A DNA stretch of 64,000 nucleotides from the NCBI GenBank assembly GCA_051877515.1, contig JBJEIY010000010.1, positions 27,000 to 90,999 of the forward strand, read 5' to 3'. Below are positions 1 to 8,444 of this stretch, in pieces. The notes below the pieces were generated by a model. The model was not told where the DNA came from, did not search any database, and saw only the letters and a list, made by a program, of their open reading frames with translations. Each line of letters starts with the position of its first letter. The stretch's first letter is position 1. This DNA is from Lachnospiraceae bacterium. Lineage in GTDB: Bacteria > Bacillota > Clostridia > Lachnospirales > Lachnospiraceae. The translations under genes and the position numbers were made by a program.

Positions 1-2331
1 GATGCGATTGCGAAAGCGTTTGCAGCAACCGGAAAAGAGTACAATGATGATATTATCAATCTGTTGGTATTACGGGTGACTGCACATTTTCAGCCTAAGG
101 TTGAAAACGGACAGATTCATGTAGAGGATGTACAGGACAGTGTGGAAGCTGTTTTGGAGCAGACCGGGTATACGGATGTTGCCAAAGCATATATCCTGTA
201 CCGTAAACAGCGTGAAAAGATGCGCAATATGAAGTCAACGATTTTAGACTACAAGGAAATCGTAAACAGCTACGTAAAAGTAGAGGACTGGAGGGTAAAG
301 GAAAACTCCACCGTAACCTATTCTGTAGGAGGATTGATTTTAAGCAATTCCGGAGCAGTAACGGCAAATTATTGGTTGTCTGAGATTTACGATCAGGAGA
401 TTGCAGATGCACACAGGAATGCAGACATTCACATTCATGATTTGTCCATGCTTACAGGATATTGTGCAGGATGGTCCTTAAAACAGCTGATCCAGGAAGG
501 CTTGGGAGGTATTCCGGGTAAGATCACTTCTTCACCGGCAAAACATCTTTCCGTTCTGTGTAATCAGATGGTGAACTTCCTTGGAATCATGCAGAATGAA
601 TGGGCAGGAGCACAGGCATTTTCTTCCTTCGATACTTACCTTGCACCATTTGTAAAAGTAGATAATCTGTCTTATTATGAAGTAAAGAAATGCATCGAAG
701 CATTTGTGTATGGAGTCAATACTCCCAGCCGTTGGGGTACGCAGGCTCCGTTTAGTAATATCACCCTGGATTGGACAGTTCCTGCCGATCTGGCTGAACT
801 TCCTGCCATTGTGGGCGGTAAAGAGATGGATTTTAAATATAAGGACTGTAAGAAAGAGATGGACATGGTCAACAAGGCATTCTTAGAGACCATGATTGAG
901 GGAGATGCTAATGGCAGAGGATTCCAGTATCCGATCCCGACCTACTCCATTACAAAAGATTTTGATTGGTCCGATACAGAGAACAACAGATTATTGTTTG
1001 AAATGACTGCGAAGTACGGTACTCCGTATTTTTCCAACTATATCAACAGTGATATGCAGCCCAGTGATGTACGTTCCATGTGCTGCCGTTTAAGACTGGA
1101 TTTAAGAGAATTACGTAAGAAATCCGGTGGATTCTTTGGATCCGGCGAAAGCACCGGTTCGGTAGGTGTGGTAACCATCAACCTGCCGCGTATAGCATAT
1201 CTTGCAAACGATGAAGCAGATTTCTATAAGAGATTAGACTATCTGATGGATGTGGCTGCAAGAAGTTTAAAGATCAAGAGGGGCGTCATCTCCAAGTTGT
1301 TGGATGAGGGCTTGTATCCCTATACCAAACGCTATCTGGGAACCTTTAACAATCACTTTTCCACCATTGGTCTCATCGGTATGAATGAAGCGGGACTGAA
1401 TGCGAAGTGGTTACGCAAAGATCTGACACAGGAAGAAGCCCAGAAATTTGCCAAAGATGTGCTCAATCATATGAGAGAGCGTCTGTCTGATTATCAGGAG
1501 CAGTACGGGGATCTTTACAATCTGGAGGCTACTCCGGCAGAATCTACCACTTATCGTCTTGCAAAACATGATAAGGAGCGTTTCCCGGATATTATTACTG
1601 CGGGAAAAGAAGGGGATACGCCATACTACACCAACAGTTCCCATCTGCCGGTGGATTATACGGAAGATATTTTTGATGCTCTGGACATTCAGGATGAGTT
1701 GCAGACTCTTTATACATCAGGAACAGTATTCCATGCATTCCTGGGAGAGAAACTTCCGGATTGGCAGGCGGCTGCAAGTCTGGTGCGCAAGATCGCAGAA
1801 AATTATAAACTGCCTTATTACACCATGTCGCCAACCTATTCTATCTGTAAAGAGCACGGCTATCTGGCCGGAGAGCATTATAAGTGTCCTCATTGCGGGG
1901 CAAATGCCGAGGTTTACAGCCGTATCACCGGATATTACAGACCGGTGCAGAACTGGAATGACGGAAAATCCCAGGAGTATAAAAATCGAAAACTGTATGA
2001 TGTGGTGAATTTCAAGACCCGTCCCATAACACCGAAAAAGGTGACCATCACAGAAGAGGAGGTCACGATTTCCGGGGAAGACAGTGTAAAATATCTGTTT
2101 ACCACGAAAACCTGTCCTAACTGTGCACTGGCAAAAGAGGTGTTGCAGAAGGAGGATTATATCCTCATAGATGCGGAAGAGAATCTGGAACTGACCCGTA
2201 AATACAAGGTGATGCAGGCTCCTACACTGGTGGTGGTTAACGACCAGAAGGTTGAGAAATATGCGAACCTTTCCAATATTATCCGGTATGTGGAAGAAGG
2301 AGCAAAAGAAGAAAACTTAGTCACTCAGTAA
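1..2331 (+). CDS. nrdD: anaerobic ribonucleoside-triphosphate reductase (class III RNR), 5' end outside window, with C-terminal thioredoxin/glutaredoxin-like extension
   Basis: Frame 1 is open from base 1 (DAIAKAF...), so the listed start at 64 is internal. ATP-cone-like N-terminus, Zn ribbon CKEH...CPHCG, glycyl-radical motif SRITGYYRPV, then about 110 extra aa with KTCPNC and APTLVV. Confidence 0.93.
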   Translation, partial: DAIAKAFAATGKEYNDDIINLLVLRVTAHFQPKVENGQIHVEDVQDSVEAVLEQTGYTDVAKAYILYRKQREKMRNMKSTILDYKEIVNSYVKVEDWRVKENSTVTYSVGGLILSNSGAVTANYWLSEIYDQEIADAHRNADIHIHDLSMLTGYCAGWSLKQLIQEGLGGIPGKITSSPAKHLSVLCNQMVNFLGIMQNEWAGAQAFSSFDTYLAPFVKVDNLSYYEVKKCIEAFVYGVNTPSRWGTQAPFSNITLDWTVPADLAELPAIVGGKEMDFKYKDCKKEMDMVNKAFLETMIEGDANGRGFQYPIPTYSITKDFDWSDTENNRLLFEMTAKYGTPYFSNYINSDMQPSDVRSMCCRLRLDLRELRKKSGGFFGSGESTGSVGVVTINLPRIAYLANDEADFYKRLDYLMDVAARSLKIKRGVISKLLDEGLYPYTKRYLGTFNNHFSTIGLIGMNEAGLNAKWLRKDLTQEEAQKFAKDVLNHMRERLSDYQEQYGDLYNLEATPAESTTYRLAKHDKERFPDIITAGKEGDTPYYTNSSHLPVDYTEDIFDALDIQDELQTLYTSGTVFHAFLGEKLPDWQAAASLVRKIAENYKLPYYTMSPTYSICKEHGYLAGEHYKCPHCGANAEVYSRITGYYRPVQNWNDGKSQEYKNRKLYDVVNFKTRPITPKKVTITEEEVTISGEDSVKYLFTTKTCPNCALAKEVLQKEDYILIDAEENLELTRKYKVMQAPTLVVVNDQKVEKYANLSNIIRYVEEGAKEENLVTQ

Positions 2332-2338
2332 ATTTCAG

Positions 2339-2365
2339 GGGCTACGCAAGTGCGTAGCCCTTTTT
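2339..2365 (+). terminator. rho-independent terminator after nrdD
   Basis: GGGCTACGC / GCGTAGCCC 9-bp stem, 4-nt loop, followed by TTTTT. Confidence 0.8.
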
Positions 2366-2394
2366 CAAGAATAAAAGCAGGTAAGGAGAAAAGG

Positions 2395-3669
2395 ATGAAA
2401 ATTCTGATTCAAAACGGAAGAGTATTAGATCCGTCCTGTAACCGGGATGAGGTTACGGATATTCTGATTGAAAACGGTCTGATTAAGAAGGTGGGAAAAC
2501 AAAACGGTCCGGCACAGGAAGACAGCAGAGTGGTGGATGCCACAGGCTGTTATGTCATGCCGGGGCTTGTGGACCTTCATGTACATTTCAGAGATCCGGG
2601 TCTGACATATAAGGAAACGGTGGAAACCGGTTGTGCAGCGGCAGCCAATGGAGGGTTTACCAGTGTTTTTGCCATGCCAAATACCAAGCCGGTGGCAGAT
2701 GAGCCGTCCGTGATCAGGTATGTGCAGCAAAAGGCAGAACCAACCGGAGTTCATGTATATCAGGTGGGTTCCGTGACAAAAGGCATGCTGGGAAAAGAAT
2801 TATCCGATCTGGAGGGTATGTTTCAGGCAGGCTGTAAGGCGATTAGTGAAGACGGAAAATCCGTTATGGATTCCGGTATTTATAAAGAGGCTATGAAAAT
2901 CGCTGCTTCTCATAACATTCCGGTATTTGCCCACTGTGAAGACATCAACCTGGTAAAGGGTGGTGTGATGAATTTAGATGAACGCAGTAAAGAACTGGGC
3001 TTAAATGGTATCAGCAATGCAGTGGAAGATGTGATCGTGGCAAGGGATATCCTGCTTGCCAAAGAGACAGGGGTGAGGCTCCATTTATGCCATTGCTCCA
3101 CCAAAGACAGTGTGGAAATGATAAGACAGGCCAAGGCACAGGGGCTTTCAGTTTCCGGGGAAGTGTGTCCACACCATTTTACCCTGAGCAGTGGGGATAT
3201 TCCTTCGGATGACGGCAATTACAAAATGAATCCGCCGCTTCGTACCAAAGAGGATGTGGAGGCATTAAAGAGGGGATTACAGGAGGATATTATGGATGTG
3301 ATCTCCACGGATCATGCTCCCCATAGTGCAGAGGAGAAAAATGGATCCATGAGCAAGGCAGCATTTGGTATTGTGGGACTGGAAACTTCCGTTGCCCTTA
3401 CCATTACGGAATTGGTAAGGACGGGTGTGCTGACACCCTTACAGATGGCAGCCAAAATGAGTACAAATCCGGCAAGGATCGCAGGCATTCCGGGAGGAAG
3501 TCTGCAGGAGGGCAGTGTGGCAGATGTGACCATTATTGATCCGGAGTATAGTTACTGCATTGATCCGGAGCAGTTTTTCAGTAAAGGTCATAACACCCCC
3601 TTTGCAGGACGAAAGGTATATGGTAAAGTATGTTATACCATTAGTGAAGGAAAGATCATCAAAGAATAA
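2395..3669 (+). CDS. pyrC: dihydroorotase
   Basis: MKILIQNGRVLDP..., DLHVHFRDPG metal-binding motif, amidohydrolase fold. ATG at 2395 follows AGGAGAAAAGG; the listed GTG at 2350 lies inside the nrdD terminator. Confidence 0.93.
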   Translation: MKILIQNGRVLDPSCNRDEVTDILIENGLIKKVGKQNGPAQEDSRVVDATGCYVMPGLVDLHVHFRDPGLTYKETVETGCAAAANGGFTSVFAMPNTKPVADEPSVIRYVQQKAEPTGVHVYQVGSVTKGMLGKELSDLEGMFQAGCKAISEDGKSVMDSGIYKEAMKIAASHNIPVFAHCEDINLVKGGVMNLDERSKELGLNGISNAVEDVIVARDILLAKETGVRLHLCHCSTKDSVEMIRQAKAQGLSVSGEVCPHHFTLSSGDIPSDDGNYKMNPPLRTKEDVEALKRGLQEDIMDVISTDHAPHSAEEKNGSMSKAAFGIVGLETSVALTITELVRTGVLTPLQMAAKMSTNPARIAGIPGGSLQEGSVADVTIIDPEYSYCIDPEQFFSKGHNTPFAGRKVYGKVCYTISEGKIIKE

Positions 3670-3704
3670 CAGAAAGGAGAAGCGAGGCTCTCGCGACAGA
3701 ACCT

Positions 3705-4631
3705 ATGATCAGAAAACTTACTCAAAAGATACGACAGACCAATGCCCCCATCGTGGTGGGATTGGATCCGATGTTAAATTATATACCGGAGCATATTACC
3801 AAAGCAGCTTTCCGGGAGTATGGTGAGACTTTAGAGGGAGCAGGAGAAGCCATCTGGCAGTTTAATAAAGCCATAGTGGACGCTACCTGGGATCTCATTC
3901 CTGCGGTAAAACCCCAGATTGCCATGTATGAACAGTTTGGCGTTCCGGGGCTTGCAGCTTATAAGAAAACCCTGGATTACTGCCACGAAAAGGATCTTGT
4001 GGTGATCGCGGATGTGAAGCGGGGGGATATTGGTTCTACCTCCAAAGCCTATGCGGCAGGACATTTAGGCAAGGTTCAGGTAGGAAACCAGACATATGCA
4101 GGTTTTGATGCGGATTTTGCTACCGTAAATCCTTATCTTGGAAGTGACGGCATCGATCCGTTCCTGGAGGTGTGCAAAGAAGAGAATAAAGGAATCTTTA
4201 TTCTGGTAAAAACCTCCAATCCTTCCAGCGGAGAGTTTCAGGACCGTCTGATTGACGGAAAGCCCCTGTATGAACAGGTGGCTGAAAAAGTAGCTGCCTG
4301 GGGAGAACAGGTCATGGATGGCGACTACAGCAATGTAGGTGCTGTGGTAGGAGCAACTTATCCGGAGATTGGAAAAGCGCTTCGTAAGGTGATGCCAAAG
4401 AATTACATTCTGGTTCCGGGATATGGAGCCCAGGGAGGTAAAGGAGCAGACCTGGTGCATTTCTTTAATGAAGATGGTCTGGGAGCCATTGTCAACTCGT
4501 CAAGAGGAATCATTGCAGCCTATAAGCAGGAGAAATATGCGAAGTTCGGACCGGAGCATTTTGCGGATGCTTCCAGAGCTGCTGTACAGGATATGATAGA
4601 AGATATTTCCAATGCATTGAAGATGAAATAA
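3705..4631 (+). CDS. pyrF: orotidine 5'-phosphate decarboxylase (long, type 2 form)
   Basis: APIVVGLDP and ADVKRGDIGST motifs; sits in the pyr operon. Confidence 0.9.
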   Translation: MIRKLTQKIRQTNAPIVVGLDPMLNYIPEHITKAAFREYGETLEGAGEAIWQFNKAIVDATWDLIPAVKPQIAMYEQFGVPGLAAYKKTLDYCHEKDLVVIADVKRGDIGSTSKAYAAGHLGKVQVGNQTYAGFDADFATVNPYLGSDGIDPFLEVCKEENKGIFILVKTSNPSSGEFQDRLIDGKPLYEQVAEKVAAWGEQVMDGDYSNVGAVVGATYPEIGKALRKVMPKNYILVPGYGAQGGKGADLVHFFNEDGLGAIVNSSRGIIAAYKQEKYAKFGPEHFADASRAAVQDMIEDISNALKMK

Positions 4632-4644
4632 GCAGGAGAGAGTT

Positions 4645-5412
4645 ATGGAGGGAAAATATACTGGATTCGTTGAAATTATAGAACAAAAAGAAATCGCTGA
4701 CGGGATCTACAGTATCCGGCTACACTGCCCGGAGGTGGTAAAAGCAGCCCGGGCCGGGCAGTTTGTTTCTGTATACAGCAAGGATAAAAGCCGTCTACTG
4801 CCAAGACCCATCAGTATCTGTGAACTGGATCGGGAACATGGGGTATTTCGCATGGTCTATCGTGTGGCAGGGGAAGGCACCAGAGAGCTTTCTCAGGCTG
4901 TGGCAGGAGACCGTGTGCGGATCATGGGACCTCTGGGCAACGGTTACGAGCATAAAGGGGGCCGTGCCATGGTGATCGGCGGAGGAATCGGGATCCCGCC
5001 CATGTTGGAGCTCGCCAAGAGTATCGGGCAGGATGTAACGGCTGTGTTAGGTTATCGGGATCAGCAGTTTTTGCGGGAAGATTTTGAAAAGATCGCGAAG
5101 GTCTATGTTTCCACTGAGGATGGAAGCGACGGAACCAGAGGAAATGTGATCAATGCCATTGAAGAAAACAGATTGCAGGCCGATGTGATCTATGCCTGTG
5201 GTCCAACCCCTATGTTACGGGGAGTAAAGGATTATGCCCTGAAGCAGGGGATTCCCTGCTATGTGTCCCTGGAGGAACGGATGGGCTGCGGAATCGGTGC
5301 CTGTCTTGCCTGTGTGTGCAAAAGCAAAGAGGTGGATGCACATACCAACGTACACAATAAACGGATTTGTAAGGAAGGTCCGGTATTTGATGTAAGGGAG
5401 GTGGAGTTTTAA
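4645..5412 (+). CDS. pyrK: dihydroorotate dehydrogenase electron-transfer (FAD/2Fe-2S) subunit
   Basis: RPISI flavin motif, C-terminal CGIGACLACVC cluster motif, directly precedes pyrD. Confidence 0.92.
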   Translation: MEGKYTGFVEIIEQKEIADGIYSIRLHCPEVVKAARAGQFVSVYSKDKSRLLPRPISICELDREHGVFRMVYRVAGEGTRELSQAVAGDRVRIMGPLGNGYEHKGGRAMVIGGGIGIPPMLELAKSIGQDVTAVLGYRDQQFLREDFEKIAKVYVSTEDGSDGTRGNVINAIEENRLQADVIYACGPTPMLRGVKDYALKQGIPCYVSLEERMGCGIGACLACVCKSKEVDAHTNVHNKRICKEGPVFDVREVEF

Positions 5413-6314
5413 TGGATCTGTCGGTAACAATTGCAGGAGTTACATTAAAAAATCCTGTGATGGTGGCATCCGGAACCTTTGGTTCAGGAGAAGAATTCTC
5501 GGAATTTGTGGATTTGAATAAGCTGGGTGCCGTAGTCACCAAGGGTGTTGCCAATGTACCCTGGCCGGGAAACCCTACACCCCGTATCGCAGAAACTCCC
5601 AGCGGAATGATGAATGCCATCGGATTGCAGAATCCGGGTATTGACCTGTTTTTAAAAAGAGACCTTCCCTTTTTGGAAAACTATGATACCAAAGTGATCG
5701 TTAATGTGGTGGGGAAAAGTATACCGGAATACTGTGAGACGGTACAGAAGCTTTCTGACAGCAGGGCAGATCTTCTGGAGATCAACATCTCCTGCCCCAA
5801 TGTTAAAGAAGGGGGCATTGCTTTTGGACAGGATCCCAAAGCAGTGGAAGAGATTACCCGTGAGATTAAGAAAGTGGCGACTCAGCCGGTGATCATGAAA
5901 CTAAGTCCCAATGTAACAGATATTGCCGTGATGGCCAAGGCAGCAGAGGCAGGAGGAGCAGACGGAATCTCTCTCATCAATACCCTGACGGGCATGAAAA
6001 TCGATATACACAGAAGAACCTTTGCCATTGCCAATAAAACCGGAGGTCTTTCCGGACCTGCCATTCATCCCATTGCAGTGCGCATGGTATATCAGGCAGC
6101 CCATGCAGTTAAGATTCCCATTATCGGAATGGGAGGAATTGCCACAGCGGAAGATGCCATTGAAATGATGTTAGCCGGAGCGACGGCTGTCAGTGTGGGT
6201 ACGGCAAACTTCCATAATCCGGGGGTTACCATGGAGATTCTTGCAGGGATGCAGGAATATATGGAGAAGTACGGCATAAAAGATATCAAAGAACTCATTG
6301 GAGTGGTGGACTGA
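5412..6314 (+). CDS. pyrD: dihydroorotate dehydrogenase 1B catalytic subunit
   Basis: TAATG overlap with pyrK; NPVMVASGTFG, NISCPNVK and GMGGI motifs. Confidence 0.95.
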   Translation: MDLSVTIAGVTLKNPVMVASGTFGSGEEFSEFVDLNKLGAVVTKGVANVPWPGNPTPRIAETPSGMMNAIGLQNPGIDLFLKRDLPFLENYDTKVIVNVVGKSIPEYCETVQKLSDSRADLLEINISCPNVKEGGIAFGQDPKAVEEITREIKKVATQPVIMKLSPNVTDIAVMAKAAEAGGADGISLINTLTGMKIDIHRRTFAIANKTGGLSGPAIHPIAVRMVYQAAHAVKIPIIGMGGIATAEDAIEMMLAGATAVSVGTANFHNPGVTMEILAGMQEYMEKYGIKDIKELIGVVD

Positions 6315-6389
6315 TCCGCCACTCTTTTGTCAGATGCGCCTGACAGCGCATGTTTCCCACATTAGAACAGGAAAGAAGGAGAAACGAAA

Positions 6390-6653
6390 ATGGAAATCAA
6401 GGAACTCAGAGAAGAAATCGACCATCTGGACCGGGAACTTCTGAAACTTTTTTTGAAACGAATGCAGGTCAGTGAGGCTGTGGCAGAATATAAGATGGAA
6501 CATAACCTGGAGATCTTAAATGCAAAGCGGGAACAGGAAGTGTTGGATAAAGTAAGTGAACAGGCAGGGGATATGGGAGCCTATGCCAGAGAGCTTTTTG
6601 AAAAGATCATGGAGCTTTCCAGACACCGTCAGCAGGAGATGATGAAAAAATAG
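6390..6653 (+). CDS. small AroQ-type chorismate mutase domain protein
   Basis: 87 aa; LREEIDHLDRELLKLFLKRMQVSEAVAEYK...ILNAKREQEVL is typical of the CM_2 helical domain. RBS AGGAGA upstream. Confidence 0.7.
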   Translation: MEIKELREEIDHLDRELLKLFLKRMQVSEAVAEYKMEHNLEILNAKREQEVLDKVSEQAGDMGAYARELFEKIMELSRHRQQEMMKK

Positions 6654-6661
6654 TCTGAAGA

Positions 6662-6690
6662 TTGAAAATGAGGAATCGTTATGGTAATAT
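6662..6690 (+). promoter_or_regulatory. candidate sigma-A promoter upstream of pyrE
   Basis: TTGAAA, 17 nt, TAATAT, with TG two bases upstream of the -10 (extended -10). Confidence 0.4.
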
Positions 6691-6775
6691 TAAAAATGAT
6701 GTGTGAAACACAGGTTTATGTGTTATTTGATAGGTGCAGAGTCATAAGACTTTACATATAGGAGGTTTAATAAGG

Positions 6776-7450
6776 ATGGAACAGTACAAACAGGAATTTA
6801 TCGAGTTCATGGTAGACTGCGGAGTATTAAAGTTTGGTGATTTTGTAACCAAGAGTGGACGCAAGACCCCGTTTTTCGTAAACACCGGATTTTACCGCAG
6901 CGGAGCACAGATGAAGAAATTAGGACAGTACTACGCAAAGGCGATTCATGATAAGTACGGAACTGATTTTGATGTACTGTTTGGACCGGCATACAAAGGA
7001 ATTCCCCTGACGGTGGCCACAACCATGGAGCTAAGTAGTCAGTACGACGCCGAAATCCGTTATTGTTCCAACCGGAAAGAAGTGAAGGATCACGGAGACA
7101 AAGGAATTCTTCTTGGGTCTCCCATTGAAGACGGAGATCGTATCGTGATCATTGAGGATGTAACGACAGCCGGAACTTCCATCAGTGAAACTGTGCCGAT
7201 CCTTAAGGCGCAGGGCAATGTGGAGATAAAAGGTCTGGTAGTTTCCGTAGACCGTATGGAACGGGGAAAAGGGGAGAAGAGTGCGCTTACCGAGATCCGG
7301 GAAACCTATGGATTTGAAACCACAGCCATTGTAACCATGGCAGAGGTGGTAGAGCATTTGTATAACCGACCATACAAAGGAAAAATTATCATAGATGATG
7401 TTCAGAAAGCGGCCATTGACCGTTATTATGAACAGTATGGAGCAAAGTAG
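6776..7450 (+). CDS. pyrE: orotate phosphoribosyltransferase
   Basis: MEQYKQEFIEF..., PRPP-binding loop VIIEDVTTAGTS. ATG at 6776 follows AGGAGG. Confidence 0.93.
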   Translation: MEQYKQEFIEFMVDCGVLKFGDFVTKSGRKTPFFVNTGFYRSGAQMKKLGQYYAKAIHDKYGTDFDVLFGPAYKGIPLTVATTMELSSQYDAEIRYCSNRKEVKDHGDKGILLGSPIEDGDRIVIIEDVTTAGTSISETVPILKAQGNVEIKGLVVSVDRMERGKGEKSALTEIRETYGFETTAIVTMAEVVEHLYNRPYKGKIIIDDVQKAAIDRYYEQYGAK

Positions 7451-7460
7451 GGAGGCAGTC

Positions 7461-7613
7461 ATGAACGAGAAGATTTATAAAACCATGACAAGTTCGGGAG
7501 TCGCCGCAATCGTTGTAGGAATACTGGTATTTGTGATCGGTCTGGCATGCGGCATAGTATCAGTAGTATTCGGCGGCAGATTATTAAAGAAAAGAGAGAA
7601 AATAACATTTTAG
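7461..7613 (+). CDS. small (50 aa) single-pass membrane protein
   Basis: Strong RBS GGGAGG 7 nt upstream of the ATG at 7461; one hydrophobic helix AAIVVGILVFVIGLACGIVSVVFGG. No recognisable family. Confidence 0.5.
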   Translation: MNEKIYKTMTSSGVAAIVVGILVFVIGLACGIVSVVFGGRLLKKREKITF

Positions 7614-8059
7614 GGAATCAGGTAAAACAGGCCCCGGATGATAAGAGGAAGAAGGCGGCAGCATTTTGTCTTATTCTTTATCTGGCAATACTTTTATATT
7701 TTCTGTTGATCGCAGAACGGGGATTTTCTTTAGGGGGCTATAATGTTATACCATTCGCAGAAATCCGCAGATACCTTAAATATCGAAACATGCTGGGGAC
7801 CAGACTGGTATTGCTTAATCTGGGAGGAAATATCCTGGGTTTTGTTCCCTTTGGAGGTTTGTTACCGGTTTTGGGGCCCGGATTCAGACACTTTTGGACT
7901 GTGACAGGCAGATGTTTTGGAGCAAGTCTCATCATTGAACTGACCCAGTTGCTTACCTGTGTAGGTTGCTTTGACGTAGATGACATACTCATGAATACTC
8001 TGGGTGGCAGTCTGGGTTATGGAATCTGGGCGTTTGGCGTTTATTTGAGGAGACGATAA
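7547..8059 (+). CDS. VanZ-family membrane protein
   Basis: NVIPF, NILGFVPFG and D..DDILMNTLGG motifs are typical of VanZ. The only canonical start (7547) overlaps the preceding small ORF by 67 nt, so the start is uncertain. Confidence 0.75.
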   Translation: MRHSISSIRRQIIKEKRENNILGNQVKQAPDDKRKKAAAFCLILYLAILLYFLLIAERGFSLGGYNVIPFAEIRRYLKYRNMLGTRLVLLNLGGNILGFVPFGGLLPVLGPGFRHFWTVTGRCFGASLIIELTQLLTCVGCFDVDDILMNTLGGSLGYGIWAFGVYLRRR

Positions 8060-8060
8060 G

Positions 8061-8390
8061 GTGATACAAAGAAAGAAACGAAGAAGAGCAAAGTTTTCCG
8101 GCAGAAAGCAATCCGTAAGGGGATGTATCGGTTTTGGGATCGTGCTTTTTGCTTTCATAGGATTGTTGGGATTATTAAATCTTGCATTTGTGAAAAAAGG
8201 GAATGCCGGAGAAATTTTTGGAAGCTTTGGAATCCTGTCCATGCTACTGGCTTTTGTAGGGCTTATTCTAGAGCTGATGTCTTTAAAAGAAGAAGATATA
8301 TATAGGATTATACCGGGAATCGGAGTTTTTCTGGGTGTACTGACGTCATTATCCTGGGTGGGAGTTTTGTTGATCGGTATTTGCTGCTGA
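8061..8390 (+). CDS. hypothetical membrane protein (3-4 TM)
   Basis: GTG start after GAGGAG; basic N-terminus followed by hydrophobic helices. No family recognised. Confidence 0.55.
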   Translation: MIQRKKRRRAKFSGRKQSVRGCIGFGIVLFAFIGLLGLLNLAFVKKGNAGEIFGSFGILSMLLAFVGLILELMSLKEEDIYRIIPGIGVFLGVLTSLSWVGVLLIGICC

Positions 8391-8444
8391 TTCATTCCAT
8401 CTGACAGAGAGAGACACGAAAAGCCCGGAAAGGGAAGAAGAAAA

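Noticed and set aside
2350-2394. Upstream alternative starts that extend ORFs in the supplied track: pyrC 2350, pyrE 6734, comEA 14071, comEC 17736, cbiQ 26112, cbiO 26962, rpsT 27885, Cys desulfurase-like 32365, hemW 37139, typA 43636, S8 50479, csp 52520, hypothetical 53242, LytTR 60649.
   Set aside because: In each case a downstream start codon has a proper Shine-Dalgarno sequence and gives the family-typical N-terminus. The extension overlaps a terminator, the previous gene or the RBS itself.
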